Shown piece after piece: positions 26,885 through 41,532 of a stretch of 64,000 nucleotides of DNA (the stretch's first letter is position 1; each line of letters starts with the position of its first letter). The notes beneath the pieces were generated by a model that made no database searches, was not told the DNA's origin, and worked only from the letters and a program-made list of their open reading frames with translations. The position numbers were made by a program, and so were the translations under genes. Origin of the DNA: Trichosphaerium sp. ATCC 40318 (Eukaryota > Protista > Tubulinea). The stretch lies in assembly GCA_038496445.1 (NCBI GenBank), contig JALMLS010000356.1:1-64000 (forward strand), given 5' to 3'.

Positions 26885-27388
26885 TGAAACATCTTGTTAT
26901 TTCAGGAAGAATAGATACATATTGCTAGCAAGCTCAGGAGGTCAATTTGAGATGTTGTGAATGAACAGCTGGGATGGGGTTATGGAGTAAGAACCGTGAT
27001 ACTTTGCATAGGAGTTTAAGTACAGAAGATTGTCCGTACTCCGTGGGGCTTGAGCGCTTAGATATTCAAAGCAGTATAATACTCAGCATTATCATAACAG
27101 GCTCAGTTGTTTATAAACATCTCACCGGAGTTCTGTTCAGTTGGCGCAATGTTATGTAACTTCTTACTTTTTTAGTATCAACTCCGCGTTACCTTTTGTG
27201 AATTATTGCTTCAATCATTTACAAGGCTAACACTAACATAAAGGTATTTGTTGTTGTGTTTGTAAATCCACGTGGTTGCAGATAGTTGTAATCTTGGTCA
27301 AACACAAAATCCAGCGAATCTGTGAACACTTTTTTGCTAAAACGGTCTGCTTTTTTGTAGTAGTTGAATAACTCAAAGCACAACAATC

Positions 27389-28345
27389 ATGTTCAGCAAC
27401 ACAGCAACAAAAGAGACTATACTAGTGCGCTTCTTAAAGATGGTATTACCTTACAGGCATCTTTCAATAGAGTGTTGCACACGTGTTTCTTTTTTTTTTC
27501 AAAACCGTTTTTTTCGTAACAATGTTCTATAGGTTCATTTTACAGCTTTCGATAGCAAGGGATATATAGTCTACATTAGCGATGAAAGCTATAAAACACT
27601 CGAGCAGATGTACAAAACCAAAAATACCATGATAAGAAACCTATACAAGTTCTGTATTCGGTCTACAATATCGGTGAGTCTCCGTCGCTTTACTCCAATA
27701 GCTGCCTGTTCCTTTTTTACCTTTATTTTATTTTTAGGGTAAGCGCATGAAGTTCAAAAAAGTGCTACATGATGGCCAATGCTTGTATCAGTTCGTTATA
27801 TTCCATCCTGAAGGACCTGATATGACACTACGTTTTGACCCTTGCGCATACAGCTTAGTTAGGCAACATATAGTAAACGGTACTAAAAAAGTTGTAATAT
27901 TCAGCATTTCATAAAATATTGACTTCTTATCACTCTAGGCTTTCAAAGAGTTATGGTATATACAACAGATATGTTAGTAGAAGCAAATAAACAATTGAGT
28001 GATGTTCACACCACGCAGACTGCTTATAGTGATCAAATGACTTTCAATCTCAACGACATTGAAACGGACTACAGTGCCTTTACAATACCAATGAATCTTT
28101 TGGAACCAACAACCTTAGACACTACAAGCCCACATATTACAGAAAATATTAACTGTACCAATGAACCAGTTCTTGGTAATGACGAACATTGCCAACATTG
28201 CGAATTCCGCCAAAAGTACTTTGACCTATTAGTGCACTGCTCCGCTCTTTCAGAAGAAAACAAACGGTTATCAATACAACAACAAAACATAAGAGAATTT
28301 GATTGGTTATATGACAACCTAACAATGACTGAAGAACACCTGTAA
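27389..28345 (+). CDS. Hypothetical 4-exon protein with C-terminal coiled-coil
   Basis: Exons join in frame via GT-AG introns (MFSNTATKETILVRFLKM|VHFTAFDSKG...); end region FRQKYFDLLVHCSALSEENKRL. Confidence 0.55.
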
Positions 28346-28879
28346 CAATTACCAACATTGTAAATATTATTTCTTGTTCCTTAACACCTTTGGTTTCACT
28401 TTACCAAAAACCCCATAAGACTACAAACCTTCATATCTTGCTTATGTGGGTTCCATTATGAGTAAAATACAAAAGATTCTCCGTAATATGTCACATGATC
28501 AATATATGGGAACTTCCCATCTAGTGGAATCTTGACCATCCTTAGATTCAACAAACAAACAATACAAGTAATGAGGTTATTTTCCTTGCTTCGTTTGAGT
28601 GCTCTAACTGAGGTTCAAATACTTACCTGACACAAATACCTGTGCATGCATTGATGTAAAATGTGGAAGAGCATCAGAAGCTTCTAGCTTGGAAAACAAC
28701 TCGAGCTTCGGCTATTGTATCTGCATGATTTGAAACAACTACAACTACAAAAAACCTTAACACACTTATAACTGTACGATAAGAAAGCCAAAATATATAA
28801 CCTAAGAATTACTTTCCAAGTTTTAACATCAGCAACAAATGAAATTGTGAGTTGTGTATGTGGGTGTTAACTTTAATAA

Positions 28880-30252
<1,373 letters not shown>

Positions 30253-31585
30253 TTTGTAAAAAAAATCGATATTCGTTTAAGTTTATTTTCGACTTTGGTC
30301 AAAACAGCTTTATATCATGTTTGCTCTATTCCAAATAGACACAATCTGGTGATGGTATACTGTCAAATGGAACCCACAAAAGCCTATTTAGTTCTTGTTT
30401 ATGAATTTTATTTTAGGAGCGTGTCACATGCGTGTTGTCCTAGTACAAACAAGCGATAAACATACAAGATTTTACGGCACTATGATGGTCAGTTGTCTAT
30501 GTTGTGTTTTTATGTCAGTGATAAACTCGAAGGAGAATTCAAGAGTTGGCATTACTCTGACCAATAGTACGAGCAGTACATGTGTAGTACAAGACGTGGT
30601 ATGAAACTCTGCTTAGTTTTTGTTGCCAGAACATCATCCATACGATTTGACTTGAAATAATGCTATTTAGTTAACGCTATACCTGAACATAGGTAGACCT
30701 TGGGCAACTCTGCAAGCTATCCAATAGTGCTTATGTGAACATAAGAGCAGTAAGTCGCAAGCCACAATTCGGAGTCTCCTTGTAAACATAGGCTTCCCAA
30801 TGTAATTATACTACAACATTGTTGCAATGGACCTGCTGTCACTTTACAGTAGATTATCCGTATACACTTTGCTTTTCTGTCAGCATATAGTTAGCGTAAC
30901 TAGACCATAGTTGACTACAAGTTCAAGTTGCGACTGTGGACATGGACAACAAGCCAAGACAAAGATTACAAATCAACAAACCAAGAGTAGCCATGCACTC
31001 AAGTTGGACAAGGTATTTAATGTGCCAGAGCTGGTTCTAGCTGTGATGGAGCAATCAAACGGTTTTAAGCGATTATACCCTTCAAGCACCAATAAACTCG
31101 CTGGTGACATATCATTCAAGTTTGAAACCGGTTTGGCAAGCATCAAAGTGTAAGATCTTGCAAGAACTATCAGACCCATCAGATCTTGTCACTTTTGGTA
31201 GTTTTTGCTGTCAACTAAATCTGAAACAACTTGGCCAGACAAGCACAATGTTTCTAAAAATCACGTGGTACCAAATTATGTCTTTCTGCCCAGCAACCCT
31301 CCAATAGCGTGAATCATATTGCAAACTTTGGGTCTGCTAGTTCTAGCAAAATTGTCACTTCTGTAAGAACTAACAATATCTACATTTACACGTGTCATAC
31401 GCTTGCTTAATAGTTTTATCATAGTAACACGTGATGCTTCATAACTTGTGGCTCAATGGGTTGAAAGGCTTCTAAAATAAAAAAGAAAATGCCAACAAGC
31501 AATCAATTTATTTATAGTTTGCTTAACACTAGCACTGAGATACCAAGTCACATACAATGTGGATGGTTACAAAATAGATATTCGT

Positions 31586-31986
31586 TTACTCACATTTATA
31601 GCGGGCTACTTGCGCATAATTACCACTCGCCATGATACCACTATAATTATTACATCTTCCAGCGCTAGGTGTTCGCTTATTGCATCGTTTACCACAGTTT
31701 TTCTTGCCTGATATGTGGTCATACTATACATTTAAGTGAGTTGAAAGTTGAACAACATAGACAATGGAGAAGTGCGTACACCATTATAACTCGTTCTAGG
31801 GCAAGATCCGCAAACGTCGGCGCAAAAAGTTCCGGAACCTCCATCAATTTTTTCATACAGCCTTGAGCACCATTTGCCTATGCATGCTTCTACCTCTTCG
31901 TCATTTCCTGATACAGGACATGCGAACATAAACACTACAAAAAGAATAGCCAAGGATAGCGTAGGTATTAAAGATATGTTGTTCAT
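31586..31986 (-). CDS. Small secreted cysteine-rich protein
   Basis: Signal peptide, then ACIGKWC...FCADVCGSCP|...NCGKRCNKR...GRCNNY. One clear intron; 3' end ambiguous (possible extra intron). Confidence 0.65.
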
Positions 31987-32599
31987 TGTAAGGTGATAAT
32001 AATTTTTTGAGTGAAAAGGTGTAGAGAGTTTTTCAAGAGTTTGTCCGATGTAATCCCGATTTCACATAACCAAAAAACACGAAACTACATGACCCTACAC
32101 GACACGATGTTTCACTATTATAATTATCCTTGTCGACTCAACGATTAGGTAAGTTACAAACCCTACGGCAAAGTTTGCGTGTTACCAAAAGCCGAAACTG
32201 CCACAACGAACAACTTCAGCTGCCTGTTGTATTAAGGAATGTAACAATATCCACAAAAAAGGTTGTTGTCTTTTTGTAGCACATAGAGTATGTAGTAACT
32301 TTGGACATACAAAACAGACCAACGCCTATTTGAGCGCTATAACCCAATCTTAATTGTCAACTTACGATGGCTGCTTTTATTTACATACCTCTGCGGATAG
32401 TATACACCACATCCGTTTGTTGATGAATACGTCAATAATTGTCCATCAATTATTCCGCCAGCTATCAATTAAGGAAATCTATAATTGTTGCAAAGAAATA
32501 CACATGTAGCTGAATGAGAATCTCTTTTGTACTGCAAGTAGATTACATGTTACTCGGTTCGGTAAAGGTTCAGTTTTTTACCAACTTTCATTAAGGTTG

Positions 32600-33850
32600 G
32601 TTTCAAGTTTAGTCTATGCTGACTTGTAAGCTTGTTAGTTTTTACAAGATCTATCAATTTTGTTGGACTAGCAGATAAGGTAATGTGCCTTTTACATGTT
32701 CGCTGCAGATAAATTATGGAATGGCTAGAGGGCTAGCATTGATCTTAGTGAATATAACACCGAATCTTAAAAAAACATAGATAGTCAAAATATTTGAGTG
32801 CACTAGATGTACCTTGGTGGTGATTTTGGCCATTGACGTAGTTGCAACAGCTGTTCAGCAGATTTTACCTTGGTGGCAAAATGACAATCGAAAGTCACAT
32901 TAAAGTCAAACATCTTGTGTTCACGTAATGACCTGTTACGTTCGTTACGGTACTTGATCTGGTCATCTAAAAGTAATTCCAGATACAGCACTTTCTAGTA
33001 GTAGAGAGAAGAGCGTGAGACGCCTAGTTAGTACGGACTCTCGTAACAAAGGAGTGCACTTGCACCGTGCTAATGACTTTTTTTTGAAACTTGTAGTAAA
33101 TGTAATTCTTGTGCCAGTTAGCAATATTGTAGTAAACGGCTGTTTACTGATAGAACTAGACTCTTTGCGGTTAGCGCTCATAACATTTCGAACCTTTTGA
33201 GGCTTGATTTGGCACTTTAGGCACGTTCTTAACTGTGATTAGCGAAAACTAGTGTTACAAAAAAAAACTACTGGAATACAATTTAACGGTGTCAAATAGT
33301 TTTATTACCATGGCGTTCAAGCCTTTTACTTTATTACGAAGTCCTTTGCCTTTATGTTTGTTGTTTTTGTTTCTCTTTGGAGAGCTAAAGTTCTTGCTCT
33401 TTTTCCAGTTCCCTTCCTTTTCTCAAAACAACCTTTTTCAAGTATTCATTTGTAACATCGCTATGTGGCATCCTCCAACGTCTGCTTTCCAATGGTTTTG
33501 TGGTTATCCATCAGCTAGAAGGTGCTTACTACAAATTCAAAGGAGGAAAACAGCAGTTCGAGTCGGAACAGAAACCTGTATACAACCCACGTGATTACAA
33601 ATAATATTTATGCAATATGCTTATGTGAGATACCTTCGGTGTTTGGATTCTTCGTTGGGTTTTACAGTGTTACTCCTCTTGATGCTATGATTGTGCCAGC
33701 ATTCGCTTGTTGGCGGTAGTATGTTATTTGTACCCCTTTTGGTCTTTTGTGGACTGTAGTATCTGCAAGAGCGTGTAGGCACAATACAATGATTGTCTTA
33801 GCATGCCTTTTAACAGTAATTTACCTTCACTTAAGATTTGAACTGAGCAT
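32600..33850 (-). pseudogene. Degenerate multi-exon gene relic
   Basis: Splice-site-bounded segments with interrupted frames; 32807-32915 is homologous to 41455-41560. Confidence 0.35.
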
Positions 33851-34167
33851 GAGGTACTTCAATATTAATCACAAATCCGAAAAGAGAACATACATAGCGT
33901 GGTTGTGGTAGAACACGCTTCCATAAAACAGTGCTTCTCTAGCAAAGGACAATAGTTTACCAACAGTGGTGAATTCTTTGACGTATTCACTTAGTACACA
34001 ACTTACGTATTCACTTCGTTACATATCGCCAAATCCACAACTCTGTAAAATAAAGTAATGTATATAGGAGATGTAACAACAAGGTTTTGTTATGACAAAA
34101 TTTTGCTGGCAAAACATGCGAATTCGTCATCTTTATATTTGGTGAATTTAGGTCAAAACAATAAACA

Positions 34168-35181
34168 ATGGAACAAGGTAGCAACACATAGCGTATAGTT
34201 ACTCTTTCAGAACTAACCTTGTTTGATAGCTGGTAAGGTAGAATTGGGTTATTGGGCGATAAGGGGTCTAAGACAACCATGTGTTTACATGTTGGAGTAC
34301 TTAGGCTGGACATACACTGTACGTATTAACTTCATGCTTATTGTACAATGTGCTTATACCACGTGTTTCAGGATAAACGATACCAACAAGGCCCTAAGCC
34401 TGAAATGTCACGAAAAGAATGGACAGATGTCAAGACAAGATTAGGTTTAGCTTTACCAAACCTTCCGTACCTCATTTGTGGTACTTGGAATCTAATGCTG
34501 AAATGTTTACGACAAAGTAGAGAACGGTCCAAAGATTACTCAATCCAATGCTATACTGAGGTACTTGGGTAAATGTGCTGGTCTAGCAGGTACCAACGCC
34601 ACTGAATCAGCAACTATCGACATGTGGGGTGATTTTGTATGTCATGTGATTTGTCTTATTGAAAGCAATATCTGACTTGTTTTGCGATTGTAGGTCATGG
34701 ATGTCAGAAATATGGCCGTAAGGCACTATTATAGTGGTAATGAAACTACTGAATCTATTGCTGAGTTCAAGGCAAAGAGGTTAGAACGTACGTTATCTTG
34801 TTGTTTGTACCACAGCGTTTTATTAAAATATAGTAATAGCAAAGCTCAATCAGATAGCAAGCCTTCTAAAAGATCAGAAATTTTTGAATGGAGACAATGT
34901 GTCATGGCCTGATTTTCACATGGCTGAAATATTAGATCAATATCGTTTATTTGCTCCTGAGCTATTTGAGAAACAAGGTAAAGTGTGCAACATTTACAAT
35001 TTGGCTAGATTGTTTATTCTATTTAGATGTGTTGATCACATACATCAAGAGATTTCAAGCTTTACCAAAGGTTGCAGCTTATCTCAAATCTGGTCGCTTC
35101 CATGCTTGGCCTGTAAATAATGTTTCTGCTTACTGGGGTGGAGATATTGCTAATCCTCCTAACAACCTCATTCTTGAATAA
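34168..35181 (+). CDS. Glutathione S-transferase, mu-class-like
   Basis: LGYWAIRGL, mu-loop-like YQQGPKPEMSRKEW, LPNLPYLI, ITQSNAILRYLG, FLNGDNVSWPDF. Confidence 0.92.
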
Positions 35182-35399
35182 CTTGTATGTCATATTTGAA
35201 ACACATTAAGAAAGAAAGAATACAAAGATGTTGGGGTTTAATAAATTACATTTTAGTTTTTTGTTTGTTTCTCTTTTTTTTTCTGTTACTTGTTGTAACT
35301 CAATGTCTGCGTATGACAGCATCTCCGAAATAGTAACATTCGTTGTGTCTAATTAAAGGATGTCTTAATAGCTCATTTAATGCGGGTGTTCTTTATGAA

Positions 35400-35552
35400 G
35401 GGTTTGCACTACTTTCGTGAAATTGATTAGAGCCACGATTGACTAAAAAATGTGCTGTTTTTTGCAAAAATGTTGTACAATAAGCCTCCAAAAGAACAGA
35501 TTTCAAAGAAATACAACATGCCACCAAATTTCGCAAAATGTAGTGCAAACCC
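35400..35552. mobile_element. MITE copy B (153 bp)
   Basis: Perfect 13-bp TIRs GGGTTTGCACTAC / GTAGTGCAAACCC; interior homologous to copies A and C. Confidence 0.75.
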
Positions 35553-35990
35553 TATCAATGCACTTTTCTACAAAGTCCAAAAGATCGGAATCAGTTTCAG
35601 GTTCATTTCTAGCACATTTCCCTATATCTAAAAAGGATGGTGCCAAAGTTTCAAAACAGGCCTTGCTGGTCTACCCAACTTTACACGAAACAAAATAAAA
35701 ACGTTTTTGGTAAGACACCAAACTTTAGGATAAGTGATTCTATGAGTAGACAAGAACAAGTGGCAGTGGTGAAAAGTATGTTTTTTAACGCAAATGTGTC
35801 AAAAAAGTTCTTGAATTAATTTCACAGCTAGGTGCAATTATTGTACACTCTAAGTTTGCGCAATGTGTTCTAAACGTATTATACATGCAGGCTATGCTTA
35901 TCAACTACATTGCAAAAAAGTTCTCTCTAGTTGCAGAATGTTTCAAGCTAATTAATTTTGCAGCTACCAGTGCACTTATTCCTATAGCTG

Positions 35991-36943
35991 TCAATGCCAG
36001 ATAGTGTGTGCACCTGCCAATGCCTTCAAACCTTCATCTGTTACATTTGTATATGATAAATCAATCTTATGTACACCTGCCAATGACTTCAAACCTTCAT
36101 CTGTTACATTTGTAGAAAATAAATTAATCTTATGTACACCTGCCAATGCTGCAATACCTGAATCTGTTATTGATTTACAATAGCGCAAGTTGATAGTGTG
36201 TACACCTGCCAATGCGTTCAAACCTTCATCTGTTACATTTGTAGATGATAAATTAATATCATGTACACCTGCCAATGCCTTCAAACCTTCATCTGTTACA
36301 CTTGTATATGATAAACCAATCTTATGTACACCTGCCAATGCCGCAATGCCATTGTCTGTTATTGAATAACAACGATGTAGGTTGATAGTGTGCACACCTG
36401 CCAATACCGCAATAACGTTGTTTGGTAGCATTTGTCTATGATAAATCAATATCATGTACACTGCCAGAAAGCCGCAACTGCCATTTGTGTTATTGATTTA
36501 CAATGATGTAGGTTGATAGTGTGTGCACCCCAATGCGTTCAAACTTCATATGTTACATCTGTATATGATAAATCAATCTTATGTACACCTGCCAATGCCG
36601 CAATGCCATTGTCTGTTATTGAATAACAACGATGTAGGTTGATAGTGTGCACACCTGCCAATACCGCAATAACGTCGTTTGGTAGCTCACTCAGTCTGAG
36701 ATCAATAGTTGTATTCTGGAGTAGTGGACTACCAGAAAGCAACTGAACTTCATTTGTGTTTTTAATACGGATACAACCATACCCAACATGGTTGGGAACA
36801 ATATCTCGTAAAAGATGGCACGTTTGGGCTGTACGAAGTGTATACGTCCCTTGTTTGAGAATATGGACTATTAACTCAATTGGTAGCGCAACAAGGTCGA
36901 ATACTTGGTTGAACTGTGTTTGTTGTTGTTTTGTCTTTTCCAT
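35991..36943 (-). pseudogene. F-box + LRR (GVH repeat) gene with frameshifted middle (pseudogene or assembly error)
   Basis: LVALPIELIVHIL...AQTCHLL F-box; intact repeats either side of an indel-rich stretch at 36461-36550. Confidence 0.8.
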
Positions 36944-37251
36944 TGTATGATCACCGTTAGTTTTCGTTAAACAAATATTATACAGTAAAAGGAGAACTTG
37001 AGGGATTAAATGCGTTTAGCTGGGTGATATTAAACACTTAAGGCTCGATCAGAAAATTCACTGAAATTCAACACTTTTCTGGTTTACATGCGGATTTGAC
37101 CTAACACCCACGTGCACGCAAACCAAGAAATGCATTGTGTATGCTTCAAAAATATAAGAAAAATTATTCCGGCACTCTGAGGTGTAATCTTTCACCACTT
37201 GACAAATAGTAAGAAAGGGCGTAAGGTATTTTATTTGAAGTATATGTATGT

Positions 37252-39796
37252 CTAACATGTGATTTTTATGATATCTTCCTCTTCTACGTTAAGTTGATCA
37301 ACTGATGTTTTAGATAGTATAACACAGTCTGCGCCTTCTTGAGGATTAAGTTCACGTATATCCGCTGCAGAAATATCGAGGATGTCAACTGAATCGCTTC
37401 CGAAAAGATTAAAGTTTCCTTTAACATTGTCCAAGTCAAAGCATGTACCTCCTTCTCCTCCTGTAGCGAACAATTACAAATTTTGGATTGAGTTTAGTAT
37501 ACATACCTATTATCTCGTTTGATACAGTTGAATTTGATAAACCAACACAGTTACTACCATTGCCAGTGTAAACAAATTGCATTGATGATTGGTCAGCAAT
37601 CATACAATTGTCTCCAATTGACATGTCTACTGTTTTAGCAATAGCATTATTACTTAGTTTGATACAATCATCGTCTTCTCCAAGATCAATAAACTCAATT
37701 GATCCAACATCTGATGCTTCAACAGAATCGAATCCAGACTCTTAAAACAAGGTGTTAGCGGTTATGGTATGAGCATAACAAACAAATGCGATTTACCTCC
37801 ATAAATGGGTGGAATGTATGTACTTCCACTTGCAATGATACAATCATCACCTGATCCCAACAATACATCATTAATAATCGAAGCACCAGAAAGTACTTTG
37901 ATACAATCATTTCCATTTGATCCTTTTACACCATGTGATAAAGTAACACCTTCTGAAATGATCAAACAAGGCAATGCTAATGTGCTTAAATCAATTTCCA
38001 CTCCTTAAACAACACGATTAGTTGTTGTTTTTACAATTAACAATGTATGTTTGTACCTGGAATATTACTTGATGTTATTGTAACACACAACGGATCTGTA
38101 AAGTCGCATGTATTGCAAGATGTGATGTGACAAGATGTACATTCACCAGATGAAGTTGTACAAGAACATCCAGTACATGTGTCTAAAGCACGTGTTGGAG
38201 GAAGTGTTGTTGGCGCTATTGTTGTTGGCGCTTGTGTTGTTGGTGAAAGTGTTGTTGGTGGCGTTGTACTAGGAGGGTGAGTTGTAGGAGGTAGAGGTGT
38301 AGGTGGGAGCATTGTTGGCGGTTCGGTGGAAGGTGGCTCTATAGTTGGTGGTAATGTGGTAGGCGGTAATGTAGTGGGTGGGAGCGTAGTAGGAGGCAAC
38401 GTGGTAGGTGGCTCAGTAGTTGGAGGTTCTGTAGTTGGAGGTAACGTTGTAGGTGGTTCTGTAGTTGGAGGTAACGTTGTAGGTGCCTCTGTGGTAGGTG
38501 GCTCTGTAGTTGGTGCCTCAGTTGTAGGTGGGAGATTTGTTGGCGGTTCTGTAGTTGGTGGCTCTGTAGTTGGCGGTAATGTAGTGGGTGGGAGCGTAGT
38601 AGGAGGCAACGTGGTAGGTGGCTCAGTAGTTGGAGGAATCGTTGTTGGAGGTTCCGTAGTTGGCGGCTCAGTCGTTGGAGGCTCTGTGGTTGGTGGTTCC
38701 GTAGTTGGAGGCTCAGTCGTTGGAGGCTCTGTGGTTGGTGGTTCCGTAGTTGGAGGTTCCGTGGTTGGAGGTTCCGTAGTTGGTGGTTCAGTTGTTGGTG
38801 GAGCTGTAGTTGGAGGTTCCGTAGTTGGCAGCAATGTAGTGGGTGGGAGCGTAGTAGGAGGCTATGAAAATATTAGCATTTACTTACAAACATATTGTGT
38901 ACCTCAGTTGGAGGTTCAGTTGTAGGAGGCTCAGTAGGTGGTAAAGTAGTTGGGGCTTCAGTTGTAGGTGGTTCTGTGGTAGGAGATTCAGTCGTAGGTG
39001 GTTCTGTGGTAGGAGGCTCAGTTGTTGGCGGTTCTGTCGTTGGTGGTGGCCTTGTTGTACGTGGTTCTATAGTTAACAGAGTTAATTCAAATGATAGCTA
39101 CAAAGAGAGTGCATCTAAGGATACGTACGACAAAAAACACCCCAATTAACAGTGCAAGGAAAATCATTGAGATCAAGGCTAACGGAAATGTAAAGACAAT
39201 TCTGATTACCCATACTTGGCTCTTGCGAATTATGGTATGCCGTAATGTATCTGCCAACATCGCATTGCTGGCTGGCTATAATTCGTTAGTAGCCATCTGG
39301 TTAAGTACTTTTAACTTACAGAGCCGACAATGTCATTGTAAAGCGGTGTCTGTGTAAGGGTTAACCCAGAGCGTTGCCAGACATAAGTATTAAGATGGCT
39401 AATACATATAGAGCAAGCCATTGTGTTACTTGTTGATCGGGTACAGTCACGACAACTATACAGATTAACAGGTTAATGAACTGTGAGAAGAAGTCTGTCG
39501 TACTTCAAATCTGCGTCAACTGGTACATCTCTTCTACCGTTTACCCATCCAAGGCGATTGAAGCTTTTAGCAGTGTTATAGTCAGCGTCAGTGAGGATTT
39601 CCGCCAACACCATGCCCCTTATGGTATTAAACATCACAAAAAAAAGATACAGCTGATAATCAACCTGCTAGTTAGCGTACTCGTCTTCACAAACTGCAGC
39701 GGCATTATCCCAGGTTACATGTGCATCTATGTATACAATCTGTTGAATAGACGATACAAACATAGTGACAAGTAAAAAAGATAATAGAAGGTTCAT
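37252..39796 (-). CDS. C-type lectin + mucin stalk + Cys-rich linker + GxGxD(C) repeat domain (copy 2; 1-nt deletion in lectin exon 4)
   Basis: Lectin exons near-identical to 13109-13777; aatgcgatgtt vs aatgcggatgtt frameshift near 39262; PPTT repeats; downstream exons GSNGNDCI, LGSGDDCI, LGEDDDCI. Confidence 0.75.
38190..39050 (-). repeat. 15-bp tandem PPTT(E/L) coding repeat, interrupted by a 41-nt intron
   Basis: Direct inspection; intron 38862-38902. Confidence 0.95.
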
Positions 39797-41046
39797 TGCT
39801 TAGAGTTTGTTTCTGTTCGTGTATTGTTTTGAACTTGAATCACAAACAGGACCGAAGGTATTGTGAACCTATATGAATATTCTTTTTCTAGCAGTAGCCA
39901 ATGTAATGACATTGCTCAGTGCAGAAGAAATAGAAAGGCACAAAAAAACAGATGTTTCACAAACCGTTTTTTTTGAACTTGTAGATTTGACTTTTTTTTA
40001 TAGGTTCGGATTTCTGCACTAGTACTGTAATCCACGCATAAAGGCAGGTGTTTTGAGCTTGGAAACAGGCAACACGGTCATATTTTCTTTTGATTATTTC
40101 CAATTTTCAGTCAAAAAAAGTTGAAGAAAAATATTGTGTTTAAGCACAATTCAATTGGTTAGCTAACAATTTTTATGAGTCAAGGATTCTACGATCAAAG
40201 TTGAACTCCCATAAGGTTACTAAAATACTGTATAGGTTCCATTACAAATACAATAGCATCGCTAAAACAACATTCAGAATACTTGAGTTCTAAAACAAGC
40301 CACGAAGCGTCTACGATGAATATAACAGGGGTAGTAATCGCCAAGCATCTCTAGCAGCAGTGAAATGGTAAGATGCACCTCTAGGACTCCATAGTCCCAG
40401 TGCGTGGTAATTCGTTCCACTGCTGTGATAGGGTTGTGACCATATTTGAACAAAATACACATTCAAAACAGCATTGCTATACAATTGGCAGTTCACGCGA
40501 CATAATATTTTTGGTAAGTGACGAGAATTGAACTTGCTGTAACTTCGTCTGAACACCTTGGTTCTTCCCAACTTTACAATAGTACTTACTAGAAGGACCT
40601 CCGTCATTGTTAGCCAAAAAATGTAACACGTGACTTTTTTGCAGTTATTGTTCTTTAATTGTCCTTGGGTTTGCACTACTTTTCGCATAATTGATAAGAG
40701 CCTAGATTGATTAAAAAGTGAGCTGTTTTCTGATGAAAAAATGTTGTACAAAAAACGGCACTAAAAACCTTTATCTTTTGAATATAACATGGCGCCAAAT
40801 TTCGAAAAATTAGTGTAAACCTTTGATTACGTAATACTTGCTGTCGAGGTGTTGAACTTTGTATACACTTGTTATGCAAACGAATGTACTTTCCAGCACT
40901 TTATAGACAAACTTCCAACAACATCGGTGGATATAGCTAAATTGCCATTGCTCTCTGTGACCGTTCTCTGTTAGCCAATAAATTTTTAGTGTTGTAAGTA
41001 TTCCTCGCCCTTGCAGCTTTATACACTTATCCTTTTCCCTATCAAA
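39020..41046 (-). repeat. Right arm of inverted segmental duplication
   Basis: Reverse-complement match to 11547-13900. Confidence 0.92.
40667..40822. mobile_element. MITE copy C (uninterrupted counterpart of copy A)
   Basis: GGGTTTGCACTAC ... TAGTGTAAACCT. Confidence 0.7.
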
Positions 41047-41532
41047 TCAACAGGCACAAATTTAAAATGTATAGCGGTTGCTATCAAGGTTTTATAAAAC
41101 AACTGCTGTTAGAGTTATTTATGTCTCAACAAGTAGTACAAATATTGTAAACAAGAGCAACTTTATTTACTTGTTGGGTGCTACTTAATCATTGATGACA
41201 TATTTAACCATATGCAAGGTATGTAAGCTAATAACATCTTAGAGCTAGGATATTGGACTTTCCTGGAGAGATTTTTTTTTAGCTCATTATATTCAAATGA
41301 GGGAGTTAAAGCACTTCCCTGTGTACATTCAGTTGATGTTGGGTTTTGTCAGCGTATTACATATGAGGCTTAAATCCTTGGCTGGTATTTATACCATCAT
41401 ATTATACAAACATTAGGTCATGTCAATGCTGCCACACTCACCAAGGTCATTGGCATGAAGATGCTTGACTTACGAATGTCATTTTGTCACCGTAGTAAAA
41501 TCTGCTGCTCAACAGCTGTCGTATCTACGTTA

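Noticed and set aside
36461-36550. Programmed frameshifting or editing in the LRR gene
   Set aside because: A dense patch of scattered indels in a tandem repeat fits consensus error or decay better.
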